From an uncultured beta proteobacterium (GTDB taxonomy: Bacteria; Pseudomonadota; Gammaproteobacteria; Burkholderiales; JACQAP01): DNA of 64,000 nt. The position numbers were made by a program, and so were the translations under genes. The stretch's first letter is position 1. Each line of letters begins with the position of its first letter. Under the pieces are notes generated by a model. The model saw nothing but the letters and a program-made list of their open reading frames with translations. It had not been told where the DNA came from and did not search any database. Shown piece after piece: positions 8,833-19,662 of this stretch. The DNA lies in assembly GCA_963846655.1 (NCBI GenBank), contig CAWJWT010000002.1, positions 957,870-1,021,869 on the forward strand, in the 5' to 3' direction.

Positions 8833-11469
8833 GTGAACGAGCGCGACAACGAAGAAGAACTGTTGCGTTCGGTGGCGCTGCAGAATGCCCGAAGCATCCT
8901 CACGGCGCGCCAGCGAGCGGACGAGGAGGCCGCGAAAGCGCAAGAGATGCTGCGCGAATCGACGCGGCGGCTGCAACTGGCGCTGACGGCCGGCCAGTTG
9001 GGCGACTGGAGTTGGGAAGAAGGTACGGACCGGGTTGCGCTCAGCCCGCGCGCCGCCGAAATGTTCGGCCTTTCCGCAGAGCAGCCGGTGACCCGCGATC
9101 GGATCCGCCAGTCGCTGCACCCGGACGATGTCGAGCGCGCCCGGCAAGCCGTTGACAAGGCCCTCGCCGAGCGTTCGGTCTACAGTTGCGAATACCGTGT
9201 GCTGCACCCCACCCTGGGCCTGCGCTGGATTGCCGCGCGAGGACTCGGGAGCTATGCCCCGGATGGTTCGATGCTGGGCATGAGCGGTGTCTTCCAGGAC
9301 ATTACCGAGCGCAAGGCGTCCGAAGATTCCCTGCGGGATATGCAGAATCGTCTGCAGATGGCAATCGAAGCGGGGCAGATGGGGCATTGGGAATGGTTTC
9401 CGGCCACCGGCAAGGTGCATTGGTCTGCAGCGCTGGAGAATCTTCACGGGCTGACCGCCGGCAGTTTCGGCGGTGGTTTTGAGGATTTCAAACGCGATAT
9501 CCATCCCGAGGATCTGGACCGGGTGCTGGCTGCGATCCGGCACAGTGTCGATCGGCGCACTGACTATCGTGTCGAGTACCGCATCATCAGGCCGGATGGC
9601 CGACTCTGCTGGATTGAAGCGCGTGGAAGATTGTTTTTCGATGCGCAAGGCAATCCGGAACGCATGACGGGCGTTTGCATGGATGCCACGCTGCGCAAGG
9701 AGGCGGAAGAAAGGCTGCAGGACGAGACGCGCGTGCTCGAACTGCTCAACCAGACCGGGACGGTGCTCGCGTCCAAACTGGATTTACAGGCGCTGTTGCA
9801 GGCCGTCACCGACGCAGCCACGAAACTCAGCGACGCGAAATTCGGGGCGTTTTTCTACAACTCGACCGATGAAAAAGGCGACGCCTACATGCTATACACG
9901 CTCTCTGGCGCGCCCATCGAGGCTTTCGCGCGATTTGGCCAGCCGCGCGCAACGCCGTTGTTCGGCCCGACTTTCGGCGGCGCGGCGCCGATTCGCGTGG
10001 ACGACATTCTGCGCGATCCGCGATATGGTAAATGGGGTCCGCACCACGGCATGCCCGAGGGCCATCTACCCGTGCGAAGCTACCTGGCTGTGCCGGTGAT
10101 GTCTCGTTCCAGCGCGGTGTTGGGCGCGATGTTCTTCGGACATCCGGACACCGGCGTGTTCACCGAGCGAACGCAACGCCTCGTCGTCGGCATCGCCGCG
10201 CAGGCGGCGGTTGCCATCGACAACGCCCGGCTGTATGAGGCCGCGCAAAAAGCCGCCGACGAACGCGAGAAACTGCTGGAAAGCGAGCGCGTGGCGCGCG
10301 CCGACGCCGAGAACGCTAATGAACTCAAGGACGAATTTCTGGCCACGCTGTCCCACGAACTCAGAACGCCGCTGAATTCGATCCTGGGCTGGTCACAGGT
10401 GCTCAAGATGGGCGCCAACGCGCAAGACCTTCAGCGCGGCCTGGATGCCATCGAACGCAACGCGCGCGTTCAGGCGCAGCTCATCGAAGATCTGCTCGAC
10501 ATGAGCCGCATCATCTCGGGCAAGATGCGCCTCGACATCCAGTCGCTGGAGCCCATTTCCGTCATCGAGGCGGCGATCGAAACCATTCGCCCGGCGGCCG
10601 AGGCGAAGGAAATCCGCATCGAGAAATTGTTCGATCCGGGCGCGGGACCGATTTATGGCGACCCGAGCAGGCTGCAGCAGATCATCTGGAACCTGCTCTC
10701 CAATGCGGTGAAGTTCACGCCCAAAGCCGGCAAAATCCAGGTCCTGGTCGAGCGGGTCAACTCGCATATCGAGATCAGCATCGCGGATACCGGCATCGGC
10801 ATCAAACCCGAATTTCTGCCCTTCGTGTTCGAGCGTTTCCGCCAGGCCGACGCTTCGACCACGCGCGTGTTCGGCGGCCTGGGCCTGGGGCTCTCGATCG
10901 TCAAGCATCTGGCGGAACTGCATGGGGGGACTGTGCACGTGAAGAGCGCGGGCGAGGGGCAGGGCACGACTTTCGCGGTGCATTTGCCGCGCCCGGTCTT
11001 GCGTCGCAGTGAAGACGGCGCGGAACGCATCCATCCGACTACGTCCAGTGCGGCGGCAGTGGCCTTCAAACACTCCGATCTGTCAGGCCTCAAAGTGCTC
11101 GTGGTCGATGACGAAGCCGACGCGCGCGACCTTGTGCGGCACGTGCTGGCGGAGTGCGATGCGGAGGTCTACACGGCCAGTGTCGCCGAGGAAGCATTGG
11201 CGCTGGTCGAAAGCGCAAGGCCGCATGTGCTGATCAGCGATATCGGCATGCCGAATATCGATGGCTATGAATTACTGCGGCGCGTGCGCGCGCTCGGCGT
11301 GGCGAAAGGCGGGCAACTCCCCGCCATAGCGCTGACGGCGTTTGCACGCTCCGAAGACCGCACGCGGGCACTGCGTGCCGGTTTTCTGGTGCACGTGTCG
11401 AAGCCCGTCGAACCCTCGGAACTCGTGGCTACCGTGGCCAGCGTTGCGGGGCGGGCGGGAACGGACTAG
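8833..11469 (+). CDS. hybrid sensor histidine kinase (2x PAS/PAC, GAF, HisKA, HATPase_c, REC)
   Basis: 878 aa, intact. Motifs: H-box SHELRTPLNSILGW, N/G boxes NLLSNAVKFT / DTGIGI / GGLGLGLSIV, receiver VLVVDDEADARD...SDIGMPNIDGY...SKP. Confidence 0.9.
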   Translation: MNERDNEEELLRSVALQNARSILTARQRADEEAAKAQEMLRESTRRLQLALTAGQLGDWSWEEGTDRVALSPRAAEMFGLSAEQPVTRDRIRQSLHPDDVERARQAVDKALAERSVYSCEYRVLHPTLGLRWIAARGLGSYAPDGSMLGMSGVFQDITERKASEDSLRDMQNRLQMAIEAGQMGHWEWFPATGKVHWSAALENLHGLTAGSFGGGFEDFKRDIHPEDLDRVLAAIRHSVDRRTDYRVEYRIIRPDGRLCWIEARGRLFFDAQGNPERMTGVCMDATLRKEAEERLQDETRVLELLNQTGTVLASKLDLQALLQAVTDAATKLSDAKFGAFFYNSTDEKGDAYMLYTLSGAPIEAFARFGQPRATPLFGPTFGGAAPIRVDDILRDPRYGKWGPHHGMPEGHLPVRSYLAVPVMSRSSAVLGAMFFGHPDTGVFTERTQRLVVGIAAQAAVAIDNARLYEAAQKAADEREKLLESERVARADAENANELKDEFLATLSHELRTPLNSILGWSQVLKMGANAQDLQRGLDAIERNARVQAQLIEDLLDMSRIISGKMRLDIQSLEPISVIEAAIETIRPAAEAKEIRIEKLFDPGAGPIYGDPSRLQQIIWNLLSNAVKFTPKAGKIQVLVERVNSHIEISIADTGIGIKPEFLPFVFERFRQADASTTRVFGGLGLGLSIVKHLAELHGGTVHVKSAGEGQGTTFAVHLPRPVLRRSEDGAERIHPTTSSAAAVAFKHSDLSGLKVLVVDDEADARDLVRHVLAECDAEVYTASVAEEALALVESARPHVLISDIGMPNIDGYELLRRVRALGVAKGGQLPAIALTAFARSEDRTRALRAGFLVHVSKPVEPSELVATVASVAGRAGTD

Positions 11470-11475
11470 AAAAAA

Positions 11476-11650
11476 GGACTGAGTGATGAGTGCTGAGGAC
11501 TGAGTAAAAGCGGAATAATTTGCCGGTTTGTGCCTGGGCTGCTACCCAGTCCTCAGCACTCAGTCTTTAGCGCTCAGCACTCAGTCCTCAGCACTCAGTC
11601 CTCAGCACTCAGCACTCAGTCCTCAGCACTCAGTCCTCAGTCCTCAGTCC
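11476..11650. repeat. CTCAGTCCTCAG word-arm palindrome
   Basis: The left arm aggactgagtgatgagtgctgaggactgagt faces ~100 bp of actcagtcctcagcactcag words across a ~45-bp spacer. Confidence 0.85.
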
Positions 11651-11732
11651 TATTCTCTCCCCCATCCTCGCGGTTTTTTGGCACACTTCGGGTAGCGCGG
11701 CACGAACGCACGGCCGCTTCTTTGGATGAATC

Positions 11733-12476
11733 ATGGACGACAAGGCGGATATCCAGAAGGACATTTCCACGCGCTTGATGGCGGCGTTGCAGCAGGATGA
11801 ATTCATGCTGTATGCCCAAGCAATCGTGCCATTGAATCCGCAGCGCGACGATTACCCTTTCCAGGAGATCTTCGTGCGCTTCCGCGAGGAAGACGCCAAA
11901 CTACTCCCGCCCGGCATGTTCTTCCCGCTGCTGGCGGAATTCAACATGCTGCCATTCCTCGATCGCTGGGTCGTGAACCGGCTTGCGCGGTGGGTGCGCG
12001 GTGGATTGAAGTTCAAACCGGACTGGAAAGTCCCCCGCTGCAACATCAACCTCGCCGACGAGACGTTGCTCGATCCGAGTTTCGGCGATTACGTGCGCAA
12101 ATATGTCGAGGATTCCTATTTGTCGGGCGGCATCCTCGGCTTCGACATTTCATTTCAAAGCGCGCTGGCGAACCGGCAGGCTCTGCTGCGGCTCATGGCA
12201 GAGTTGCGCCCGCTGGGCTGCCCTTTTTCGATTGCGGGGTTCGATGGCAGCGATGCCATGGTCATGCAACTCGAAGGGCTGCAACCGGATTTCATCAAGG
12301 TCAGCGCAGTCAATATCGATCCGGGCAAAGTTACCGAGATCAATCGCATGTGCCATGGCCTGGGCGCCAAGACCATCGCCGAACACGTCGAGAACCCGCG
12401 CGTGCTCGAACACCTTCGCCGCTGCAAGATCGATTTCGGTCAGGGTTTTGCCATAGCGCCCGTCGAGGCGCTGTAA
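11733..12476 (+). CDS. stand-alone EAL-domain protein, degenerate motifs (EIFVR)
   Basis: 247 aa: QEIFVRFREED (EAL->EIF), LDRWVV, IAGFDGS (in place of DDFGTG), TIAEHVEN, DFGQGF. Paralogue of 28347..29090. Confidence 0.75.
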   Translation: MDDKADIQKDISTRLMAALQQDEFMLYAQAIVPLNPQRDDYPFQEIFVRFREEDAKLLPPGMFFPLLAEFNMLPFLDRWVVNRLARWVRGGLKFKPDWKVPRCNINLADETLLDPSFGDYVRKYVEDSYLSGGILGFDISFQSALANRQALLRLMAELRPLGCPFSIAGFDGSDAMVMQLEGLQPDFIKVSAVNIDPGKVTEINRMCHGLGAKTIAEHVENPRVLEHLRRCKIDFGQGFAIAPVEAL

Positions 12477-12762
12477 CGGTTCGCTCCCCGTCAGACGTTG
12501 CCGCAATGCGCGTGTTGTTCCGCGCATGAAAAATGCCAGCGGCGTGGCGCGCTTGGCTCGATTCAGCGGCCTATCGACTTCAGGCAAATACTGTTTTTGC
12601 CAAAACTCCCGTGCGGGCCGCGCTTCGGTTGCGTGAAGCCGCTGCCGCATTTCGTCGGCGGCCCGGTTCTTGCGTCGTTGGGCCATTGTTCAAAAAAGAT
12701 CATGATTGAAGAATGGCTGAATAACAGCGAGACCACGCGCACCGGCCAATTCTCCCCACTGC

Positions 12763-13344
12763 ATGCTGCGTAAATCCTCACTCAGACGACGTTCTCCCCG
12801 GCACGTATCCCGGCTTTCCGGCTGGTGGATCAACGTGCGTTTTTTCTGGCACACGCGCGACAAGGGCCCGTGGATCGTTGCATTCGTGATCGGCGCGCTG
12901 GTCACGACGCTCGGCAGCGCCGTCTTCGTGTTGGAGAGCAACGATCTGGAGAAGCGCGAACTCGCTTGCCTCGCACTCAATGTCTATTACGAAGCCCGTG
13001 GCGAACCGATGGCCGGAATGTACGCCGTGGCCGAAGTCACCATGAATCGCGTGCGCTCGGCGCGGCACCCGCCGACGGTTTGCGGCGTGGTTTATGAGCA
13101 GCGCTGGGACCGGTTGCGCAAACGCAAGGTCGGCGCATTCTCCTGGACCGAATTCGACATCGTGCCGCATCCGACTGGCCCGCAGTGGAAACAGGCCCGC
13201 GACGTGGCCGAGGCGGTTTATTTCAGTCGCCATCCGGCGACACTCGACGGCGCGCTGCATTATCACGCGTCCTACATCAGGCCGAGCTGGTCGAAAGGCC
13301 AGCAGCCGGTGACGCGCATCGGCGCGCATATCTTCTACAAATAG
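12763..13344 (+). CDS. cell-wall hydrolase, SleB/Hydrolase_2 family
   Basis: LACLALNVYYEARGEPMAGMYAVAEVTMNRV...VCGVVY...FSW is typical of the SleB catalytic domain. It has an N-terminal TM helix, and the start is uncertain. Confidence 0.8.
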   Translation: MLRKSSLRRRSPRHVSRLSGWWINVRFFWHTRDKGPWIVAFVIGALVTTLGSAVFVLESNDLEKRELACLALNVYYEARGEPMAGMYAVAEVTMNRVRSARHPPTVCGVVYEQRWDRLRKRKVGAFSWTEFDIVPHPTGPQWKQARDVAEAVYFSRHPATLDGALHYHASYIRPSWSKGQQPVTRIGAHIFYK

Positions 13345-13420
13345 CGCTTTCGTTGCCGTTGCTTTCTTTTACAAACTATTGCTGTTGCTTGTTGGCGGTC
13401 GCAGTCGTATCGTGGCTCGC

Positions 13421-14257
13421 ATGCGCTACCGCAACATCCTTGTTCACCTCGATTGCAACGCGCGTCGCAGCGAACGCCTCGATCTGGCGTTAACGCTCGC
13501 AGCGCAGAACGACGCGCAACTCACCGGTTTGTTTTCACTCGATCTTTATGTAGGCATGCCGCGCGCCGCGGATGCCGGTTCGATTCTCGTCGAAGCAGAA
13601 TTGAAGCGCCGTGAGAGCTGCATGCGTGCAGCCCAGGCCGAGTTCTTCGACAAGTTGCCGGCGAGCACGGCCCGCGCCCGGTGGTTATCTACCGAGGATG
13701 GCGCGGTGGACGAGCTGATGCTCGCGGCGCGAACGGCTGATCTGGTGGTCATCGGCCAAACCGATCCGGCCACTTGCGTGGAAGATGGCGTCTGCGCGAC
13801 GTTTGCCGCGGATGCCGTCCTGTGCGCCGGCAAGCCGGTGTTGATCGTGCCGTATGCGGGTCATTTCGAATCCATCGGCAAGCGCACCCTGGTTGCCTGG
13901 AATGCGGCGCACGAAGCCGAGCGCGCGTTGACCCATGCGCTGCCCGTGCTGGAGCGTTCGCACGCGGTGGAAGTGCTGTCGTTCGATGAAGGCGGTGAGC
14001 ATCACCATGCCGACGAAAAGGCGCAACGCGCCGTGCAGGCCTTTCTGGCGCAGCGCGGCGTCCACGCGACCGTCAAGCACTGTGGCGTCGCGGCCACCGA
14101 TCCCGGCGCATTCATCCTGTCCAATGCCGCCCTGGATGCGGCCGACTGCATCGTCATGGGCGCCTATGGCCAGGGCCGCATGAACGACAGCTCACTCGGC
14201 GGCGCAACCAGAACCGTCATAAGCTCCATGACGGTGCCGGTGTTCATGTCGCACTAG
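13421..14257 (+). CDS. tandem-domain universal stress protein
   Basis: MRYRNILVHLD... is followed by a second Usp domain ending MGAYGQGRMNDSSLGGATRTVISSMTVPVFMSH. Confidence 0.8.
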   Translation: MRYRNILVHLDCNARRSERLDLALTLAAQNDAQLTGLFSLDLYVGMPRAADAGSILVEAELKRRESCMRAAQAEFFDKLPASTARARWLSTEDGAVDELMLAARTADLVVIGQTDPATCVEDGVCATFAADAVLCAGKPVLIVPYAGHFESIGKRTLVAWNAAHEAERALTHALPVLERSHAVEVLSFDEGGEHHHADEKAQRAVQAFLAQRGVHATVKHCGVAATDPGAFILSNAALDAADCIVMGAYGQGRMNDSSLGGATRTVISSMTVPVFMSH

Positions 14258-14269
14258 CGCTCCGCGCCA

Positions 14270-14512
14270 GAGGACTGAGGGGGAAAGAAGAGGACTGAGG
14301 ACTGAGGCTGAGGACTGAGTAAAAGGCGCTTGTGCTCAGAAGGCGGCGGCGCGGGAACGGTTCTCTGCTTGTTTAACCTCTTTACTCAGTCCTCAGTCAC
14401 TCAGCCCCCTAGTTCTTCCACTCAGTCCTCAGCACTCAGTCCTCAGTCCTCGTCCTTCGTCCTCGCTCAGCCCTCGTCCCTCATCCCTCGTCCCTCATCC
14501 CCCTGTCCCCCT
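14270..14512. repeat. CTCAGTCCTCAG / CCCTCGTCC word-arm palindrome
   Basis: The gaggactgagg... arm faces actcagtcctcag... words, running into ctcgtccctcatccctcgtccc words. Confidence 0.85.
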
Positions 14513-14581
14513 CCGGATTGACTTGGTTGCGCAATGCGCTATAAAGGCATTGACGACGTTACAACTCCAGGGAGGCAGATC

Positions 14582-16224
14582 ATGCGTAGAACGCCTTTAT
14601 TGGCCGTTATTGTTGCGGCTGCGTTGTTCGCCCCGCGGCCCGCTGCGGCCCACGATGACGACGTAACCCCCTCCAAGCCGGGTGAAGTCATCGGCAAAGT
14701 GCACTTCCCGGTTTCCTGCAATGCCGCTGCCCAGCGCGAATTCGATCGCGCGATGGCGCTGTATCACTCGTTCTGGTTCGAGCCGGCCAACGCCTCGTTC
14801 AAAAAAGTCCTGGAGCACGATGCCTCGTGTGCCATGGCGAACTGGGGGCTGGCGATGTCGGCCCTGGGCAATCCATTTGCGTGGCCGGCCCCGGCCAAGG
14901 TCATGCAGACCGGCGCGGACTACATCCAGAAAGCGCAGCAGTCCGGTGGGGGCAGCAAGCGCGAAAAAGGATTCATCGATGCGCTCGCCGCGTTGTATGC
15001 GGACTGGCAGAACACCGATTTCCGGACGCGCTCGCTCGCCTGGGAGCAGGGCATGGCGCAGGTCGCGGCCGCGCACCCCGACGACACCGAGACCCGGATT
15101 TTCTACGCACTCACGCTGGTCGCCAACGCGCAGGCCAGCGACAAGACCTTTGCCAACCAGACCAAGGCAGGCGCCATTCTGCAACCGCTGTTCGAGAGCC
15201 GCAGCGACCATCCCGGAGTGGCGCATTACCTGATCCACGCCTACGACTACACCGGGCTCGTGGACAAGGGCTTGCCGGCGGCGCGACGCTACGCTTCCAT
15301 CGCGCCGTCGGCACCGCATGCGCTGCATATGCCGGCGCATATCTTTACGCGGCTCGGGCTGTGGGAAGATTCCATCGCCACCAACATCGCCTCGGCGCAG
15401 GCGGCGAAGGCCGAGATGAAAGCCTCTGCGCTGGGCATCGGCTCGTACAACGCGCTGCACGCGATGGACTACACCATGTATGCCTACCTGCAGCGCGCGC
15501 AGGACAAGGCCGCGCAGAAAATCGTCGACGAAGTGGCAACGATCAAGAAGCTCGACACCGCCAATTTCCCGGCGGCTTACGCGCTGGCTTCCATTCCCGC
15601 GCGGTTCGCGCTGGAGCGCCGGCGTTGGCAGGATGCAGCGCAACTGGAATTGCAACCCAAGGACATGCCCTGGCAGCAGTTTCCGCACGCCGAAGCGGTG
15701 AGCGTCTATGCCCGCGCGCTGGGTGCGGCGCGTATCGGCAAGCCGGATGCCGCTGCGGCGCACATCGCTCGCCTGAAGCAACTGCACGCCGAATTGCAGA
15801 AGAGAAAACTGGGTTATTGGGCGACACAGACCGAGATCCAGATCGCCGCGGCTTCCGCCTGGCTGGCGTTCGCCAACGGCAAGCACGACGAGGCGCGCTT
15901 GCCGGAATGCGCCAGGCCGTCGAACTCGAAGCCAACAGCGACAAGCATCCCGTCACCCCCGGCCCGCTGGTGCCCGCGCGCGAATTGCTCGGCGAAATGT
16001 TGCTGGAAATGAATCAGCCGGCCGCGGCCCTGGCCGAATTCTCGGTCGAAGCAGCCACCGAACCCAATCGTTACCGCGCCATCGCCAACGCCAGCCGCGC
16101 CGCCGAGCAAGCCGGCGATCGGCAACTCGCCCGTACACTCGCGAACGAGTTACTCGAACTCACCGCGAAGCGCGATACCGACCGCCCCGAGTTGCTGCAG
16201 GCGAGAGCGTTGTTGAGCATGTGA
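14582..16224 (+). pseudogene. secreted TPR-like protein, one frameshift (~15,890-15,905)
   Basis: ORF 14534..16012 (signal MRRTPLLAVIVAAALFAPRPAAA; HYLIHAYD, HALHMPAHIF) continues in ORF 14827..16224 (...MRQAVELEANSDKHPVTPGPLVPARELLGEMLLE...). The junction is at GKHDEA|. Confidence 0.7.
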
Positions 16225-16472
16225 GATGACGTGACAGGTCGGACGCGTGAATGTCGTGAATTCGTGAAGATCGTGACGATCGTGACGTCGTGACGACGTG
16301 ACGGCGTGACGGCGAAAAGGCGCATGACGACGTGACAGGTCTTGACATGACCGTTAGCCCGTGTATCCCTTGCCGGCAACACGACATAATATGGAGCGAT
16401 AGTATCGCTCCGGCTGATCCCTTACGGGACCGTCACGCGTCACGTCGTTCACGATCTTCACGACATTCACGC
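16225..16472. repeat. TCACG word-arm palindromic element (copy 2)
   Basis: GTGACG/GTGAAT words form the left arm and CGTCACG/TTCACGA words the right arm. The core contains the ggagcgatagtatcgctcc hairpin. It starts directly after the stop at 16224. Confidence 0.9.
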
Positions 16473-16521
16473 CGACGAAGTCGGCTATCGCCTCTACGTC
16501 GTCGCGCTCGAACCCGACGTC

Positions 16522-17121
16522 ATGAACACCCGCAAGTTCGCGCAGCGCAATCCCGGTTATCGATCGGGGCAGCCGTGCTACTTCGTCGATGTCACCGATC
16601 TCGCCGTGGATCTGCGCTTCGACCAGCACATGCACGGCATTCACGACAACGCCTTCGTGCGCAGGTACGGCACCGGGTTGCGCCCGGACTTCACCATCGA
16701 CTTCCCGCCATCGCCTTTCGAAGTCGCGGTGGAACAGCAAGCGCAAATGGCGGGCAGCTTGCGTGCGGAGGGCTGCGGCGTGTGGGCGCCGGTGCTCGAT
16801 GCGCCGGCAACGTCGAGCGTGTACGTCATCCGCCTCGATCCTGCAGTGCTCAGGAACCGCGGATTCCGCGCCGCCAATCGCGGTTACGTCGAGGGCGCGC
16901 CATGCGTCTACGTGGGCGCAACTGGTCTGACACCCCAACAACGTTTCGCGAACCACAAGGCCGGCCACAAGGCGAACTGGTACGCGCAGACCTTCGGTCT
17001 GGATCTCATGCCCGACCTGTTCGTACACTTGAACCCGATGACCTATCAGCGCGCGCTCGCCACGGAAATCGCTTTGGCCGAAGAACTGCGCAGCGAAGGC
17101 TTCGGCGTCTGGCAGAACTAG
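16522..17121 (+). CDS. internally duplicated protein, tentatively GIY-YIG-like
   Basis: Second half has SSVYVIRLD...APCVYVGATGLTPQQRFANHKAGHK...ATEIALAEELR. The first half is a degenerate copy. The frame stays open (no start codon) upstream into the repeat (…ADEVGYRLYVVALEPDV-M), so the N-terminus may be truncated. Confidence 0.45.
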   Translation: MNTRKFAQRNPGYRSGQPCYFVDVTDLAVDLRFDQHMHGIHDNAFVRRYGTGLRPDFTIDFPPSPFEVAVEQQAQMAGSLRAEGCGVWAPVLDAPATSSVYVIRLDPAVLRNRGFRAANRGYVEGAPCVYVGATGLTPQQRFANHKAGHKANWYAQTFGLDLMPDLFVHLNPMTYQRALATEIALAEELRSEGFGVWQN

Positions 17122-17326
17122 CGTGCTGCCTTAACCGACATCCAGGTCCGAGCGTCGCCAAGTTTCCTGGCAGAAGACAACTTCCCCCGGCGAAATTTGT
17201 CGTTGCACCGAGATGCTCCACCGGTTCGTGTATATTTGGTGCGTCGTTCCGGTGCGCCTCCTGCATGGCGGGTGCATGGAGCGAACTTCCGCAGAGAAAT
17301 TAGCGGGTTGATTGAAATATTCTGAT

Positions 17327-17341
17327 TGGCATAACGATTGC
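17327..17341 (+). promoter_or_regulatory. sigma-54 (-24/-12) promoter candidate
   Basis: TGGCATaacgaTTGC matches TGGCAC-N5-TTGC with correct GG-N10-GC spacing. It lies ~130 nt upstream of the amide-transporter binding-protein start. Confidence 0.55.
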
Positions 17342-17468
17342 TCATGATGTCGCTACCTGATTGCGCCAGCCTTCAGCCAACGGCAATGTACCGCTGTTGC
17401 GTCCCTCGGGTTGCGCGCCACCAACCGACGCCCGAACGACTAACCCTACCTCACTTCTAGGAGATCCA

Positions 17469-18700
17469 GTGAAAACTACGCTAAGAAAGCTTCTCGCAGC
17501 GGGCATTGCCGTGGGTGCGCTGTCGTTATCGACCCAAGCCGTATTGGCTGCCGATCCCATCAAGCTTGGCCTGTTGGAGGACGAGTCCGGCAACTTCGCC
17601 ATCGCGGTGGTTCCCAAGATCTACGCGGTCAAGCTCGCCATCGAGGAAATCAATGCCAAGGGCGGCATCATGGGCCGGCAGATCAAATTGATTCATTACG
17701 ACACGCAGTCGGACAACACGCGCTTCCAGCAAATGGCGCGCCGAATCATCCAGGAGGACAAGGTCGATGTCGTGTTCGGTGCATTTTCTTCGGCATCGCG
17801 CGAAGCCATCCGTCCCATCATGGATCGCTACAAACAACTGTATTGGTATAACAACCAGTACGAGGGCGGCGTATGCGACGCGAACGTGTTCGTGACCGGT
17901 GCCGTGCCGGAGCAGCAATTCTCGACGCTGATTCCCTGGATGATGGAGAAGTACGGCAAGAAGGTTTACACCATCGCCGCGGATTACAACTTCGGCCAGA
18001 TTTCCGCGGAATGGGTGCGCAACATCGTCAAGGAAAAAGGTGGCACCATGGTGGGCGAAGAATTCATCCCGCTGTCGGTGTCCCAGTTCAGCCAGACCAT
18101 CCAGAACATCCAGAAAGCCAAACCTGATTTCGTAGTGACTTTGCTGGTGGGGGCGAACCAAGCGTCCTATTACGAGCAGCAAGCATCGGCGAAACTCAAC
18201 CTGCCGATGGCAAGCTCCGTCAACGTCGGCCAGGCTTATGAGCACAAACGCTTCAAGGCGCCCGCGCTGAAGGACATGTACGTCACGGCCAACTATGTCG
18301 AGGAAGTCGATTCGCCTGCCAGCAACGCCTTCAAGAAGCGCTTCCGCGCCAAGTTTCCGGACGTGCCTTACATCAACCAGGAAGCCGCCAATTCGTACAA
18401 CGCCGTCTACTTGTACAAGGCCGCGGTGGAAAAAGCCGGCTCGGCCGATATGAAGGCCGTGCGCAAGGCACTCGAAAGCGGCAGCATCTGCACCGACGGC
18501 CCGTCGGGCAAGGTTTGCATCGACCCCAAGAGCCATCATGGCAGCCAGACGATTTATCTAGTGCACGTGAAGGGCGATCACTCGGTGGATATCCCCAAGG
18601 TTGGAACGACATCAAGCCGTACTGGCTAGGGGACGTGGGGTGCGATCTGTCCAAGAAGGATGATTTCAGCCAGTACACGCCCAGCAGTCTGCCGAAGAAG
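17469..18700 (+). pseudogene. amide/urea-type ABC transporter substrate-binding protein (FmdD/UrtA/AmiC-like), C-terminal frameshift
   Basis: GTG start after AGGAGA, with signal KLLAAGIAVGALSLSTQAVLA. The body is in ORF 17361..18629. After ...HSVDIPKV the sequence continues in another frame (WNDIKPYWLGDVGCDLSKKDDFSQYTPSSLPKK, ORF 18515..18880). The true stop is unclear. Confidence 0.75.
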
Positions 18701-18728
18701 TTAATCCGGTTCAGAAATCTAAAGTCGC

Positions 18729-18752
18729 GGCCGGCGCCACAAGGCGCCGGCT
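18729..18752 (+). terminator. intercistronic GC hairpin (attenuator-like)
   Basis: CCGGCGCC-acaa-GGCGCCGG lies between the binding-protein and permease genes and has no T-tail. Confidence 0.35.
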
Positions 18753-18777
18753 GCTCTGCTGAATCGGACCGAAACCT

Positions 18778-19651
18778 ATGGATCTCGTGCATCAGGCGTA
18801 CGGTTTTTTCTATCCATTCGCCGACGCGTTTGCCTTTCTGGTGCTGTCCGGACTGGGGCTGGCCATCATCTTCGGCATGATGGGGGTGATCAATCTCGCG
18901 CATGGTGAATTCATCATGTGCGGCGCGTACGTGACCGTGCTTTCCGCGCGCGCCGGCGCACCGCTGCCGCTGGCGCATGTTGCTGGGGACTCTGGCGGCT
19001 GGCCTGGTGGGTTTGATTCTGGAGCGCCTGATCATCCGCCGGCTTTACAACCGGCTGTTCGATTCCATCGTCGTGACCTGGGCGCTGAGCCTGATCGCCA
19101 CGCAGGGCATGCTGATCGTCGCCGGCCCCTCCATCGAGGGGCTGCAAACGCCGTTTGGCAGTTTCGCGTTCGGCGATCTTTCGTTTTCCACCTACCGGGC
19201 GTTGCTGCCGCTAATCGCGCTGCTGCTCCTGCTGGGCATCTACCTGCTGTTCATGCATACGCGCTTTGGCATCCGCGCGCGTGCAACCATCGAAAATGCC
19301 GCCATGGCCAAGGCGCTGGGCACCAACACGAGCCGGATCTACAGCCTGACGTTCTCGCTGGGCGCGGCATTGGCCGGCCTCACCGGCGCGCTTTATGCGC
19401 CGACCATGACCACTGTGCCCACCATGGGCCAGGCTTTCATCGTGCAGGCGTTCGTGACCGTGGTGGTGGGCGGTGGCGACGTTCTGCTCGGCGTGGCGCC
19501 CGCGGCGCTTGTGCTCGGCCTGATCCAGTCGACCTTGACGGCTTCGTCCGGCCAATTGATCGGACAGATCGGTTTGCTGGTGACGGTCATTGTAGTCGTG
19601 CGCGTGCTGCCGCAGGGCATCAGCGGCTGGCTGCTTCGCCGCAATAAATAA
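18778..19651 (+). pseudogene. ABC transporter permease (UrtB/LivH-like), frameshift ~18,972
   Basis: ORF 18778.. (MDLVHQAYGFFYPFADAFAFLVLSGLGLAIIFGMMGVINLAHGEF...) joins ORF 18977..19651 (MLLGTLAAGLVGLILERLIIRRLY...). Confidence 0.8.
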
Positions 19652-19662
19652 TACTTCCGACC

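Noticed and set aside
12150-12686. ORF 12150..12686(-), 178 aa, in the gap after the first EAL gene.
   Set aside because: It would overlap the EAL gene antisense by >300 nt. No motifs or SD-like sequence were recognised, and only its first ~70 codons lie in intergenic DNA.
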